Made by a program: the position numbers and the translations under genes. From Eukaryota sp. GEM-RC1 (taxonomy: Eukaryota), in contig JAUFOQ010000004.1 of assembly GCA_040285855.1 (NCBI GenBank), forward strand, positions 2,170,001 through 2,234,000: a DNA stretch of 64,000 nt, written 5' to 3'. Numbering within the stretch: position 1 is the stretch's first letter; each line of letters begins with the position of its first letter. The notes beneath the pieces were generated by a model, which was not told the origin of the DNA, searched no databases, and saw only the letters and a list, made by a program, of their open reading frames with translations. Below are positions 40,814 to 53,800 of the stretch, in pieces.

Positions 40814-43800
40814 CAAAATAGACCAAACTGGGAAAGAATTCCGAAAACAAAATAATACAATAACCCAAAAGAGAAAAGCAATAAGGCTGAGTTCGTTGAA
40901 TAAATATTACAAAAACTATAAATAATAAGTGAATAAAAGCAAAAACAAATGATAAAAGGATTGATTTTGAATGTAAAAATGAATGAATATGAAGTAAAAG
41001 ACATAATTAACAGAAATTAAAGCAGCTCCAGTGAAGAAGACGCTATGAAAAATATTGAATGTTTTGAATTTGAAATATTTAATTAAACTAAATCTTGAAG
41101 CAAATGCGAGAGATGTCACACATATTATCAACAACAACATTGATTTGTCTAAATAAAACAGAGCTGAAATATACTCAAAAAGATTAGACTTACAGATACT
41201 CTTCTGTAAAAAAAACACTGTAACTGAGAACAGGAACATATTTAAAATATTTGAATACTTGGAATATTGTTTCAAAATCTGTGTCGAACGGAAAAACGAC
41301 AAAGATGATGTGGACAATCGTAAAGCTTGCGATATTACTTTTGATTGAAGATACCCCATTGAGAACCTATCTGTAGCAAGAAGTAGTAAAACAAAAAGTA
41401 CCAAGAATAGAAACTTGATCAATAAATGCTCTTTCCCAATACAGTAAATTCGACTGAAAACAGCATCTTCAGTACAGTATTGACACAAATCTCCATAAGC
41501 ATGACGTGATCTGCAAGAATTCTCTTGACAATTGAACCAAAAACACACTCATCTAGTTCCCAAGTATCAGTATTTAATCTAAAACCAGATTGAATTCCAG
41601 TCAAATTTCCATATCCACATTCAGCTAAATGAGGACAAGGTAAACAAGAATCTGCAGAATCTAGAGTGTTTAAAGGACAAACACAATGATCAAGATCACT
41701 AGAACCTTTCTGAAGAGTAATTCTAGGAAAATGACAAGATCTACATTCTGAATTAAATTCTGAATTTGAATAATAATTCAATGAACATTCAACACATTCA
41801 CCAAGAAAATTAAATTCCATTCCTTTTGGACATAAACATCCATGTCCAGAATTCAATTTAGGAAGATGGCAATCATTTGTGATTAGATTTAGGGTTATTG
41901 ACTGGGAGAAATAGGAAAGAGTAATCACTATTGGTCGCAGTGGCGGTCCAATTACTTCCAATCTAGTTTTATCAAGAATATGCACCATCGTTGTAGACGA
42001 ATCAACAACAATATTTAAATCTGAAATTGCGACGTTTTTCGAATAATTGGTAAATGGATTTTGAGTTACCAAGCTAGCAGAAATATTCAAAATAGTACAA
42101 GAATTGTCCAAAGTAAATTGATGATCACAACTGTTGGTATTAAAGTCACTTATTTCGAATATTTCATTAAAACTTTGAAAAATAGTTCCATTCCATTGAA
42201 ATTGACTTTGATTGTAAAAGATCCAAAACGAATGATTTCCTAGATTAATCATATTCGAGAAAGTGAAAATTAATGAATTATTAAAAAATTGAAAATCTGA
42301 GAACACAAAAGTCGATGACGTTACTGAACACATTCCATGACAGTCAACAATAAAATTCAAAGGATCAACACAAATAATTGGGATTGAAATATTTAAATGT
42401 TGAGGATATAATTCGACTACATCAGCTTGAAATTTTACAAATGATGCTGACGAAGCAGCAAAAACAGTTGGATAACTAACAGTAGAATAATAACAATTAT
42501 GAGAATACAACTCAGTGGGAAAAGTTAGAAACGACGATGACCAGAAAGTTGACTTGTCAACCACGACTTGTTTGAATTCTGAAATTGAATAAAATGATTG
42601 AGCATTATATCTTAAATGAACAGCTTCGTCAATTAGTTCACCTAATGAAGTAACACCTCTTCCAAAAGAGAAAGGTTTAAAGCAAGTACTAGATTTGTAA
42701 CCATAAAACTCTATTTCTAGTAAATAAAGATCTTCTAGAGCAACTAGAGTAATCACAGCAGTATTTGGTAATACAAGATCTATTTCACACATTGATGCAA
42801 ATGAATAACCACTAGGAATTTGTTTACAAGAAAAGAAAGAGGAAAGAGTTTGATTGTTGACTATCAATTTAAAAGGAAGGTCAGAGTCAATACCTTCACA
42901 ACTAGCATTTGTCGTAATTGTAACGTAATGAATATCGAACTGTGATTGCAAAATGAACATAACTGTTTGATTTTTCGAGATTAATTCTGCACAATGAGAT
43001 ACATCAACACTACAGCACCTTGATCCATCAAATATTAAATTGATGTCTACATTAGAAATAATTTCTGAAGAATTTATCAAAGGATGATGGACAAATGAAA
43101 TGAAACAAATCTCCTCCAAAAAGGCTTCCCCAGAAATCTCAAAAGAATTCAAGAGAAATTGTTCATAGAAAACGTCAACAAACACGTGTTGTAGAAAAGT
43201 AGGGATTCTGACATTCTTACAAACCAAGTAATTATCAATAACTTGACCGAAGAAGTCCTGATTTTCAATAACACAAGTCAAATTTGAAGTGAGGTTTCCT
43301 TGGAAGTCAACAGAAATATCACGATGTTCAAAAACACTAACGTGATCGTTACTGCTGAATTCCATATTGAAGAATGTAATTTCACTAATCAAATGTTTTT
43401 TAAAACCAATTTGAGACCAAAACAAATTTTGAATATATTCACCTTCAAAAACTGGCAAAGAAGTGATATTTAATTCAAATCTGTAAATAAAGAAGGAATC
43501 AGAACTGGAGATGAGCTCAATATTGGAAGGTTCAATAATAGAATTATCAATGGAAAACGAAGAATTTAAGTCAAAATGTGAGTAACTCTGAATGACAATG
43601 AAAGAAGTATCAGATGATGTAACAACACTTGGACTAACAAGTTCAAATTTTGGAGGATTTTCAACTAATATTGGGATTTGAAAGTTGAAATTTGAATTCT
43701 TGTGGAAAGCGAACACCTCAAGGTTAATTAATTCTAGCTCAAGTCCAGTAAAAGAAAGTATTAGAGTTGACTTCTGAGTAAAATCTAAGGACAAATCACA

Positions 43801-46800
43801 ATCACCAGAACAACTGATGTCAAAATCATAATGAAACTGATTAAGGTCAATCAAAATTGATTGCAGATAATTAACCTCAATTACTTCAGGAAGTTCTGAA
43901 TGAAACGAAGAAGTAACAAAGCTAACGTTCATTGACTGAGAGAATCTGTGAAGAGTGATAAAAGTAGAAGAATCTCTCAAATTTAAAATATTGGGTCCAT
44001 TATTAACTGAAATCGTTTGACTTCCATGAGTTATAAAGAGATCAGAAATGACCTCAGAAAAATAAAATTCAATACTGGAATTGAAAATAACTTTTGGAGG
44101 AAAAATAAGGTAATTCTTAACTTCAACTGACAAATTGGAATATATATCATCTCGAAACGAAGATCCCAATAAATTACACTTTCCCAATCTAGAAAGATCA
44201 ACATCAAAAGTGATATATGTCTCATCCACTCGAGACAATCTTGATTGACAATAGTTAAAATAAAAACTATTTTGAATTACAGAGAAATTATAAAATGAAA
44301 GACCCTCAACTTCAACAACAATTTCAGCAGTTATAGACTCATTTAACCATTGGAAATACTTTGGAGTAATATAAGACGGCTTTACAACATATGGTAAATT
44401 AAAAATAGAAAAACAACCAAAATTGGCACATATTTTTAAATTTTGTGGAATTCCGGGAAGATATGAAATAAATGTAACAAAAGCAGAAGAAACAGTTGAA
44501 CCAAAGTAGAGAAAGTATATACTATCAGGCACATTAGGTTCAATAAAGGTTTCAATAAACGAGAAAGTTTCCAAATAACTATAAACTTCAATTTCACAAG
44601 CAATGCCAACAAAACAAACAAATTCAGTATTTCTAGCAACAAACGATGTTACTGGTATAGAAATTACAAACTTAAAACCATTAAAAAGTTCAACAAATAT
44701 TGCAAATTCAGTTGATCCATACAATTCCCCAGTATTAATAGTCATTTCATTGTTATCAGAAATTTGAAAAAATGCAGTACTAACAGAAAAATCAATGCTT
44801 GAACTATAAAAACAATCGAATATTTTGGTAAAATTTGAACCACGAAGAAAAATAGTTTCACCAGAAGGGGAAAGAGGAACAGGTTGATAACTAACTATTG
44901 GTGGACCAAAATTCAGTTGATATATATTAGTAGACTGGTTTCCAATTATTAACAAAATTTCAAATACAGTGGAAGTGATATTACAAATATAGGGGATATC
45001 CAGAATTATTTCATCATGTGTATATTTAGAAACATCCGCTTGAGGAAATTCTGAAACAAAAGAAAAGAATTCAAAATTAGTGGAAAAATCTGATCCTTTT
45101 AAAATCAGTGATCCTGTTAAAGGGAAAGGATTTGGAGTTACAGATTGAATAAAAGGTCGTTTAAAACAATATTTAAAGAATAACTTTTCAAAATCAGTTG
45201 ATCTTGAACTAATCATTTCATGACATCCAAGTCCCTCAAAAAGAAAATATTTAAAATTTCATGATTATTTGAGGAATACTCAAGACTTTGATTGATTGAA
45301 GCAGTGGAATGATGAATAACAAGAGGATCTAACCCAAGATTAAAAGCAAAAGTGGTACTAATCCACCTCTAGTTGGAGGTTCTAGACTAACAAACTCAAT
45401 AGGACAAATAGGAATGAACAATTGGTAGGAAAATACCATTTGATCAATAGCAAAACTAAAAAGAATTGAAGGATCAGAATAATTAAAGGATTGAGAATGT
45501 TCAAGAACTAGACTTAGAGAGTCTAAATGATAGAAATACTGGAAACTTTGACTTTGTTTGACAGAGATCGACATTAGATTCTCCAGTACAAAAATATCAT
45601 CTAATTGTAACGAAACCTGACAGAAAGACGTGTTACAGCAGTGTTTTGATGGAGAAATTGAAATATTTGAGGATAATTCAGAAAGATCCACAACAGAATC
45701 AGAGCCAGTAATGAATGATTCTCCATCAATTGTTATAGATTTTGAAATTATTGGAAAATTTGAATTAGAAGAACAATTTGACTTGAGTAAAGTAAGTGAT
45801 GAGAAAAACAGATAATTATCAAGATCAACTAGAAAAAGTCGTGAATTCTCAAGATAAAAGCTATTCATAAATACACCATTAGAAATACAAGCAGAAATAT
45901 TGGAGTTATAAAACATCAATTGTGATTTAATCATGATGACGTCATCAATTGAAGAATCAAGCAATGATGTCATGCAATCAGTTTTTGATAAATTATTGAA
46001 GGTTATGGTTGATTGAAGGAGGTACAAGAAGAATTTAAAATCAAAATGTCTAATGATTGTGTTTTCGAATAGAACTGTAGAATCAAATGATCTTAAGAAA
46101 GTATTTGAAGAAACGTTGGTAAATAGAAACTCTTTGAAAATAATTGTAGAGTTATAGAAGGACAATAGCTTATCAGTAAAGGTTGATCGTTTGGACTGAA
46201 TTGAAGTAGCAATTAGGTAGGAAAATGATATAGAAACAAAGGAATTGAAAAAGAGTTTGAAACAAGAAAAGATTCAAGATTAATAACAGAATCAAATCCA
46301 GTAATTAGAGATACTCCAAAAGTATTATGAATGAAAATGTCTGAAATTGATATAATAGAACTTTGTAAATGAATTAATGAATTGAAATCAGATCCATCAA
46401 CTGTAACATTCTGTATTAAAGCATCTGAACAATTATTAAAATAGAAGACATCATGGTGGATTTTAGAGAACGCAATATGTTGACCATCAAATGAACCAGT
46501 AACAATACTGAACCATTGTGTGAAATTTGAAAATTTAAAATCCAGGGACATCAAAATTAAAGAGGTTTCATACCCATCAATGAAGACATCCCCAAAGGTG
46601 TTGAAAATGTCACAATTAGTAATTATCAATTCAGAATTGTTGAGATTAAAAATGCAATGGGAAATAATGTCACTGAAAATCGATTGCGATAAAAACAAAC
46701 TCGAAGAATCTAAATCAAAAGAGAATTTGCAATTAATTTGTCAAAAAATGAAGTCGATACTGTTACTAAAGATGACGATGATATAGAAAACAGAAAGTTC

Positions 46801-49800
46801 GAAACTTCTCCAACAAATGAAGAACTAGAAAATTGAACTTCAGACCTTACAATTTCAAAAGAAAATGAAGAAAAATTAGATGAATATACAGTAAAACTGG
46901 AATTAAATACAACTCCATCAGAAAACATGTTCAATGATTGAAAAGTAGAGTTATTGACAGAAACAGAGGAATTTGAAATATGAAAAGTTCCAGAAGTTGT
47001 AGTAATTACAAAAACATTTGAGAGAACAAAAACAGAATCATCGATCTGAAATAAAGTCTCTCCAATTCCTGCAATCATCACGTCACCGAGACCAATCACT
47101 TCCCAATCAACGTAACTCACATTCCCCAATCCTTGATTAAAAGAGTAACTTCCTCCATGGAAATAAACCTTCCCTTTTCTTCCCATTCTTTCTAAAACTC
47201 CATTAAAAGAAGCGCAAGGACTGTTAAAAGTACCACAACAAGGATCATCAATACCAGTAGTGGAAATGTAAGAAACCTGGTTCAAGTCAACAATGTAATC
47301 ATTAACAGAAGCAATAACAGAAGAAGAAGTAAAAGAAATAGATAATATTGAAGTACAATTACAATGAATTTCACTAAAATTTCCAATTAATTGACCAGCA
47401 TTAATTAACTCAAGACTTCTACCAATTATATCATGGGTAAGTACAACTTCAATTAGTAACATTCCAGAAAGATACACGTCATCAACTATAGAAATTTGGT
47501 GATCAAAATTTGGTGAAAGTGAATATTTTAAATTTGATGAACTAACTAGAGACAAGTTTTCAGAAAATTCTAGACTCTTATCTGGAACTATTGAACCATA
47601 ATTTAAAACATTTGATTTAATTAATCCAGATCCAGATAGTTTGTGTTTAATAACTAAATCTTGATCCAATTGAAGTGAACCATTGAGAAGAAGGACATTG
47701 TGATGAAAGTCAACGTCAACATTCAATATGGAAACTGAATTTTGAATCAATACATTAGAAAAACAATGTAAATATGGATTAATTGGTAGTACTGATTGAA
47801 GAGTGGAGAATTGTAGATCAATTAATGTTGTTGGAGAATATAAATTTAAATTATTCGAGATTCTAATATTTCCACTAAGTATAGCATCAGAATCTGATTC
47901 CTGAAGTTGAATACTAGCAGAGATATTGGCAGAATTGAAATTCAAATGATTTATTATATTGACTTTTTGATTAGTCAAAAACTGGCAATGACAACAATCA
48001 AATGAGTCATAAGTAACTTCATTAATTAAACTCGAGTAAATAGAAGAATAATTCAAATCAATGGTACTAAGAAGAAAGAATTCTGTCCAGTAATATATCC
48101 GACTGTTGATTGCAATCAGACTGATGGAGAACGAAGTTATCACAACTTCTTCCTCCAGATAGAGCGCACTACCTTTTAACTCTAATACCAAATCATTAGA
48201 AAAAATCGTAGTATTTTCTGCCAAATTTACCGTTGAAGAACTCACATTGAAAAGTCTGAAATTGGCAAACGAAACATTAACAGACTTTAAAACTGAATTC
48301 TGTAACGTAAATCGGTGCAGCTCAACACTGATTGAAGACAAATACAGTGTTGAGTTGTTCACCAGCAGAGTTCCGTTCCCCTTGAATCCTGGAGAATTCC
48401 ATGGGCTCATTCGTTCATACACCACTGAAGCATCCCTATTACAAATCACCACAAGATTTGGATTTCTTGTGAGTCCGGTAACTGGTCCTGGAGAGTATGA
48501 TCCAGTAATGCTACTACCACGTGCTATTCTGCCACCATCTCTTCGTCCCCATGTAAAGATAGTTCCTTCAGCATTAATGGCTACAGTGTGTTGGTAGGCT
48601 GCTGCAGCAGAAAGTACAAAAGGGTTGACTTTGACGTTATTGGGACTTGGGGATGGTGTTGTAGTTCCATCACCCAATCGTCCACGTCCATTTTGCCCCC
48701 AACTCCATAGCTGCTGATGTTGGTCAATTCCAAAGGCTGACTGGTCAGTAGTATGAATGAATTCAAAGTGCCGAACAGTGTCAAAAAGTTGAGGTGTAGC
48801 GAAGTTATAGTCAGTACCCCAAAGTCTTCCGCAAATAGCAGTAGAACCGTTTTTAAAAATCAAATAACTAGACAATCCTGAAGCAACAAACTTAACTGGG
48901 GGAATATCTTTGATAAGTTGAGGATACTCTGTAACGTTTTGATGACCCAAACATAAACATCCTTCAGGATTACTACCCCAAGAGTAAACATCACCAGTAG
49001 AGGTTAATGCAAAAAGGAGTTTCTAGTTCCAGCCAGTTTGATGACGTCATCAATGCAATCGTTTTGAACTGGGTCCCAATGTTCTATTGTCGAATTGGCA
49101 CCTAATCCCAGTTGATAAAATTGGTTCCGACCCCAGCAGTAGAAAATACCATCTGGAACTAGTGCAAAGCTTGAATGATCTCCAGCAATAACTTGAATAG
49201 CGGCTGGCACGTCGACTTCATTGAAGAAGAGGTTTTTGTGACTGTCAGATTCCCGTCCAAGCTGACCGTACTCACTGTCACCAGCACTATACACGTCACC
49301 ATTGGATAAAAGAGCTAATGAGTGACTAAAACCTATTGAAACTTCACGGACAGGGGGAAGGAAGATCAACTGGTCGTGGTGATTCAATATCTCCCGTTCC
49401 TCCAGTACCCAATTTACCTCCGTTATTCATTCCCCAAACATGAACTCTGGTACTTCCAGGGAGCTCAGGAACAGAATCAAATGAATACTGAGAATCACGC
49501 AACATGAGTTGACTTGAGCGATCCATTTCGAAGACTCCATTAAGCCAGGAGATGTTGAAGGTAACTATAAGGACGTGAGATGAAAGAGTGAATTGAAGCC
49601 CATCAAGGACAAGATGAAATGTTGATGTGTTCGAAATGAGAGAGGTAATATCGTTTTGCAATGTTCCTCCACGCATTCTAAGCAAGTGTAACACTGTAAG
49701 AGACGCGTTATTGGTGAAAAGAAGGGTGATGTCGTTTTCAATTGTGAGATTTGTTATAGTAGCGCGCGCGTCGATCGTAACTACTATATGAGAGGACTGT

Positions 49801-49955
49801 GATGCGAGAAAGACTGACGATGACGTGGAAGGAGCTGTAGGAGGATTCCAGTTCGCTTCGAAGAACCAATAACCACTCTCAGAAACCGTCCACTCGACAT
49901 GAGCACCATGACACAGAGCGATTGACACGACGATTAGCAATATTAATGAGACCAT
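40701..49955 (-). CDS. Giant surface/membrane protein with RCC1 propeller, copy C
   Basis: Signal peptide MVSLILLIVVSIALCHG; RCC1 repeats; ORFs 49344..49982, 49004..49387, 46710..48950, 46213..46698, 45329..46165, 41419..45216 and 40916..41548. Confidence 0.88.
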
Positions 49956-50460
49956 TGGAGTGAACTCAGAATCAGAATTCAAGTCTAATGGCTGAGCCTA
50001 TCACGTTTTTTCGTAGTTCATGATTCTTCGTACAAGCTACGGCATTAGCAATTTACAGTCATTGTGTACTTTCCACTCAAGTTCACCTTCCATCATAGTC
50101 AAGTATACTCTTTGTTTTGCTATTGTATCATACTATTCAATATACATTTGGTCTCTCTGAGTCTATTTCTGTGCTCGTAAATTTGTTTAGTCACACCAAA
50201 ATAGTTCTCACCCAGTGTCATATTTTTGGACTGAGACTAATATTTCACAATGCTTGGAGAATTAAAACAGTCTTCGACTTCAATTCTCAGAGTTAATGAC
50301 GAACATATCATGCTCTAGGGTCAAAGTCGTCATTGTTTGCTCAAACAACTGATGATGATCAATATTTGTTTCATAATGTTAAACAAATGTAGCTTGGATT
50401 TGTTTGTCTAATTAAGGCCCTTTGATTGTCATAGACTGTGTTCACTTCAGGCAAAAGAAG

Positions 50461-50559
50461 CAGCGTTATGTGCCATAATGCCATAATGCCATACGACCAT
50501 ACGGCCATACGCGTATGGCTCGTATGGCAGTCGAAAAATTGCATTATGGCATAACACTG
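50461..50559. mobile_element. 99-bp hAT-type micro-MITE
   Basis: TIRs CAGCGTTATG / CATAACACTG; internal GCCATA/TATGGC repeats; perfect 8-bp TSD AAAAGAAG. Confidence 0.85.
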
Positions 50560-50880
50560 AAAAGAAGAGATCTAGAGAGAATATCATACGTCGAAAACAC
50601 GTTGGCAAGTGTGTTTCACTCTAGATGTTACTATTGTTTATTTTGTATCTATGGAATGTATCTCAGAAAGAAGTTGTTATAATACGAGATGTCAGAACAA
50701 ATTTAGTCTCAAAAGAACAGTTTTCTACATGGGAAATTCATAATTAGTCTAAGTGAGACTGATTTCGTACTGAGACTAATTATGCAATGAGATTACATGT
50801 TTTTGAAGTACGGAATGTAACGGTATCTGTGTAAACCCCAGGAGTTCATGTCATCTTTGGCCTAATTTTTTTACACAAAC

Positions 50881-53800
50881 TTAAAAAAGACTATAAACAG
50901 AAACTAAAGAAGCTATTCCAAGAGTAATTCGTTCCAAAGAAGTAGAAATACAGTAAAGACAAACCAAAACGATAGTGTGAACAATAAAATAGACCAAACC
51001 AGGAAATAATTCTGAAAACAAAAGAATACAATAACCCAAAAGAGAAAAGAAATAAGGCTGAGTTCGTTGAATAAATATAACAAAAACTATAAACAAGAAG
51101 TGAATAAAAGCAAAAACAAATGATAAGAGAGGTTGTTTTTGAATGTAAAAACGGGTTATAAGTACTCCAAAGACATAATTAACCGAAATTAAAGCAGCTC
51201 CAGTGAAGAATGCGCTATGAAAAATATTGAATGTTTTGAATTTGAAATATTTGTTTAAACAAAATCTTGAAGCAAATGAGAGAGATGTTACACATAATAT
51301 CAACAATATCATTGACTTGTCAAAATACAATAGAGATGAAATATACTCAAAAAAGATTAGACTTACAGAGACTCTTTGGTAAATAATGACTGTAACTGAG
51401 AACAGGAAAATATTCGTGATATTTGAATAATTGGAATGATGCTTCAAAATTTGAGAGGAACGGAAAAAAGACAGAGATGAAGTGGACAATCGTAAAGCTT
51501 GATACATTACTTTTGATTGAAGATACCCCATGGAAAATCTATCTGTAACAAATAACAGTAAAACAAAAAGTACCAAGAATAGAAACTTAATCAATAAATG
51601 CTCTTTTCCAATACAGTAAATTCTACTAGAACCAGCATCTTCAGTACAGTATTGACACAAATCTCCATAAGCATGACGTGATCTGCAAGAATTCGCTTGA
51701 CAATTGAACCAAAAAACACACTCGTCTAGTTCCCAAGTATCAGTGTTTAATCTAAAACCAGATTGAATTCCAGTCAAATTTCCAAATCCACAGTCAGCTA
51801 AATGAGGACAAGGTAAACAAGAATCTGTAGAATCTAGAGTGTTTAATGGACAAACACAATGGTCAAGATCACTAGAACCTTTTGAAGAGTAATTCTAGGA
51901 AAAGGACAAGATCTACAATCTGTATTGAATTCTAAATTTGAATAAGAATTTAAAGGACACTCGACACATTCACCAAGAAAATTAAATTCCATTCCTTGAG
52001 GACAGAAACATCGACGTCCAAAAATCAATTTAGGAAGCATACAACCATTTGTGATTAGATTTAGGGTTATTGACTGGGAGAAATAGGAAACAGTAATCAC
52101 TATCGGTTCAAGTGGCGGTCCAATTACTTCCAACCTAGTTTTATCAAGAATATGCAACGCACTTGTAGAAGAGTCAACAACAATATTTAAGTCTGAAATC
52201 ATGACCTTTCTTGAATTATTCATAAAAATGTTTTGAGTTACCAAGCTAGCAGAAATGTTCAATACAGTACAAGCATTGTCCAAAGTAAATTGATCATCAC
52301 AACTGTTGGTACTAAAGTCACTTATTTCGAATATTTCATTAAAATTTTGAACAATAGTTCCATTCCATTGAAATTGACTTTGATTATAAGAGATCCAAAA
52401 CGAATGTTCTCCTAGATTGATCATAATCGGGAAAGTGAAAGATAAGGAATTATTTAAAAATTGAAAATCCGAGAATTCAAAGGTCGATGACGTTACTGAC
52501 AACATTCCACCACAGTCAACAATAAAATTCAAAGGATCGACACAAATAATCGGGAATGAAATATTTAAATGTTGAGGATTTAATTCGACGACTTCAGCTT
52601 CAAAAATTACAAATGATGCTGACGCAGCAGTCAAAACAGTTGGATAACTAACAGTAGAATAATAACAATAATGAGAATACAACTCAGTGGGAAAAATTAG
52701 AAATGACGATGACCAGAAAGTTGACTTTTCAACCACGGCTTGTTTGAATTCTGCAATTGAATAAAATGATTGATCATTATACCTCAAAAAACATCTTCAT
52801 CAATTACTTCACCTAATGAAGTAACACCTTTCCAAAGGAGAAGGGTTTAAAACAAGTGTTGGATTTGTAACCATAAAATTCTATTTCTAGTAAGTAAAGA
52901 TCTTCTAGAGGTATTAGAATTACCTCGGAAGTATTTTGTAATATTAGATCTATTTCACACATTGATGCAAATGAATAACCACTAGGAATTTGTTTACAGG
53001 AAACGAAAGAGGAAAGAGTTTGATTTTTGATTATCAATTTAAAAGGAAGATCAGAGTCGATACCTTCACAACTAGAATTTGTCGTAATTATAACGTAATG
53101 AATATCGAACTGTGATTGAAAAAGGAACAAAACTGTTTGATTTTTCGAGATTAATTCTGCACAATGAGATACATCAACACTACAGCACCTTGATCCATCA
53201 AATATTAAATTGGTATCAACATTTGAAATAATTTCTGAAGAATTTATCAAAGGATGATAGAAGAATGAAATGAAACAAATCTCCTCCAAAAAGGCTTCCC
53301 CAGAAATCTCAAAAGAATTCAAGAGAAATTTGTCATAGTAAACATCAACACACACGTGTTGTTGAAAAGTAGGGATTCTGACATTCTTACAAACCAAGTA
53401 ATTATCAACAACTTGACCGAAGAAGTCTTGATTGTCAATAGAACAAGTCAAATTTGTGGTAAGATTTCCTTGGAAGTCAACAGAAATATCACGATGTTCA
53501 AAAACACTAACGTGATCGTTACTACTGAATTCAAAATTGAAGAATTTAATTTCGCTAATAAAATGTTTTTTAAAACCTACTTGAGACCAAAACAGATTTT
53601 GAATATATTCACCTTCAAAAACTGGCAAAGAAGTAAGATTTAGTTCAAATCTGTAAATAAAGAAGGAATCAGAACGGGAGATGAGCTCAACATTAGAAGG
53701 TTCAACAATAGAATTATCAATGAAAAATGAAGAAATTAAGTCAAAATGTGAGTAACTCTGAATTATGATGTAAGATTTCTCAGATGATGTAACAACATTT

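Noticed and set aside
50470..50550. CRISPR-like or tandem short repeats (also 9240-9310 and 60610-60990)
   Set aside because: No repeat-spacer periodicity; they are subterminal repeats within TIR/TSD-bounded transposons
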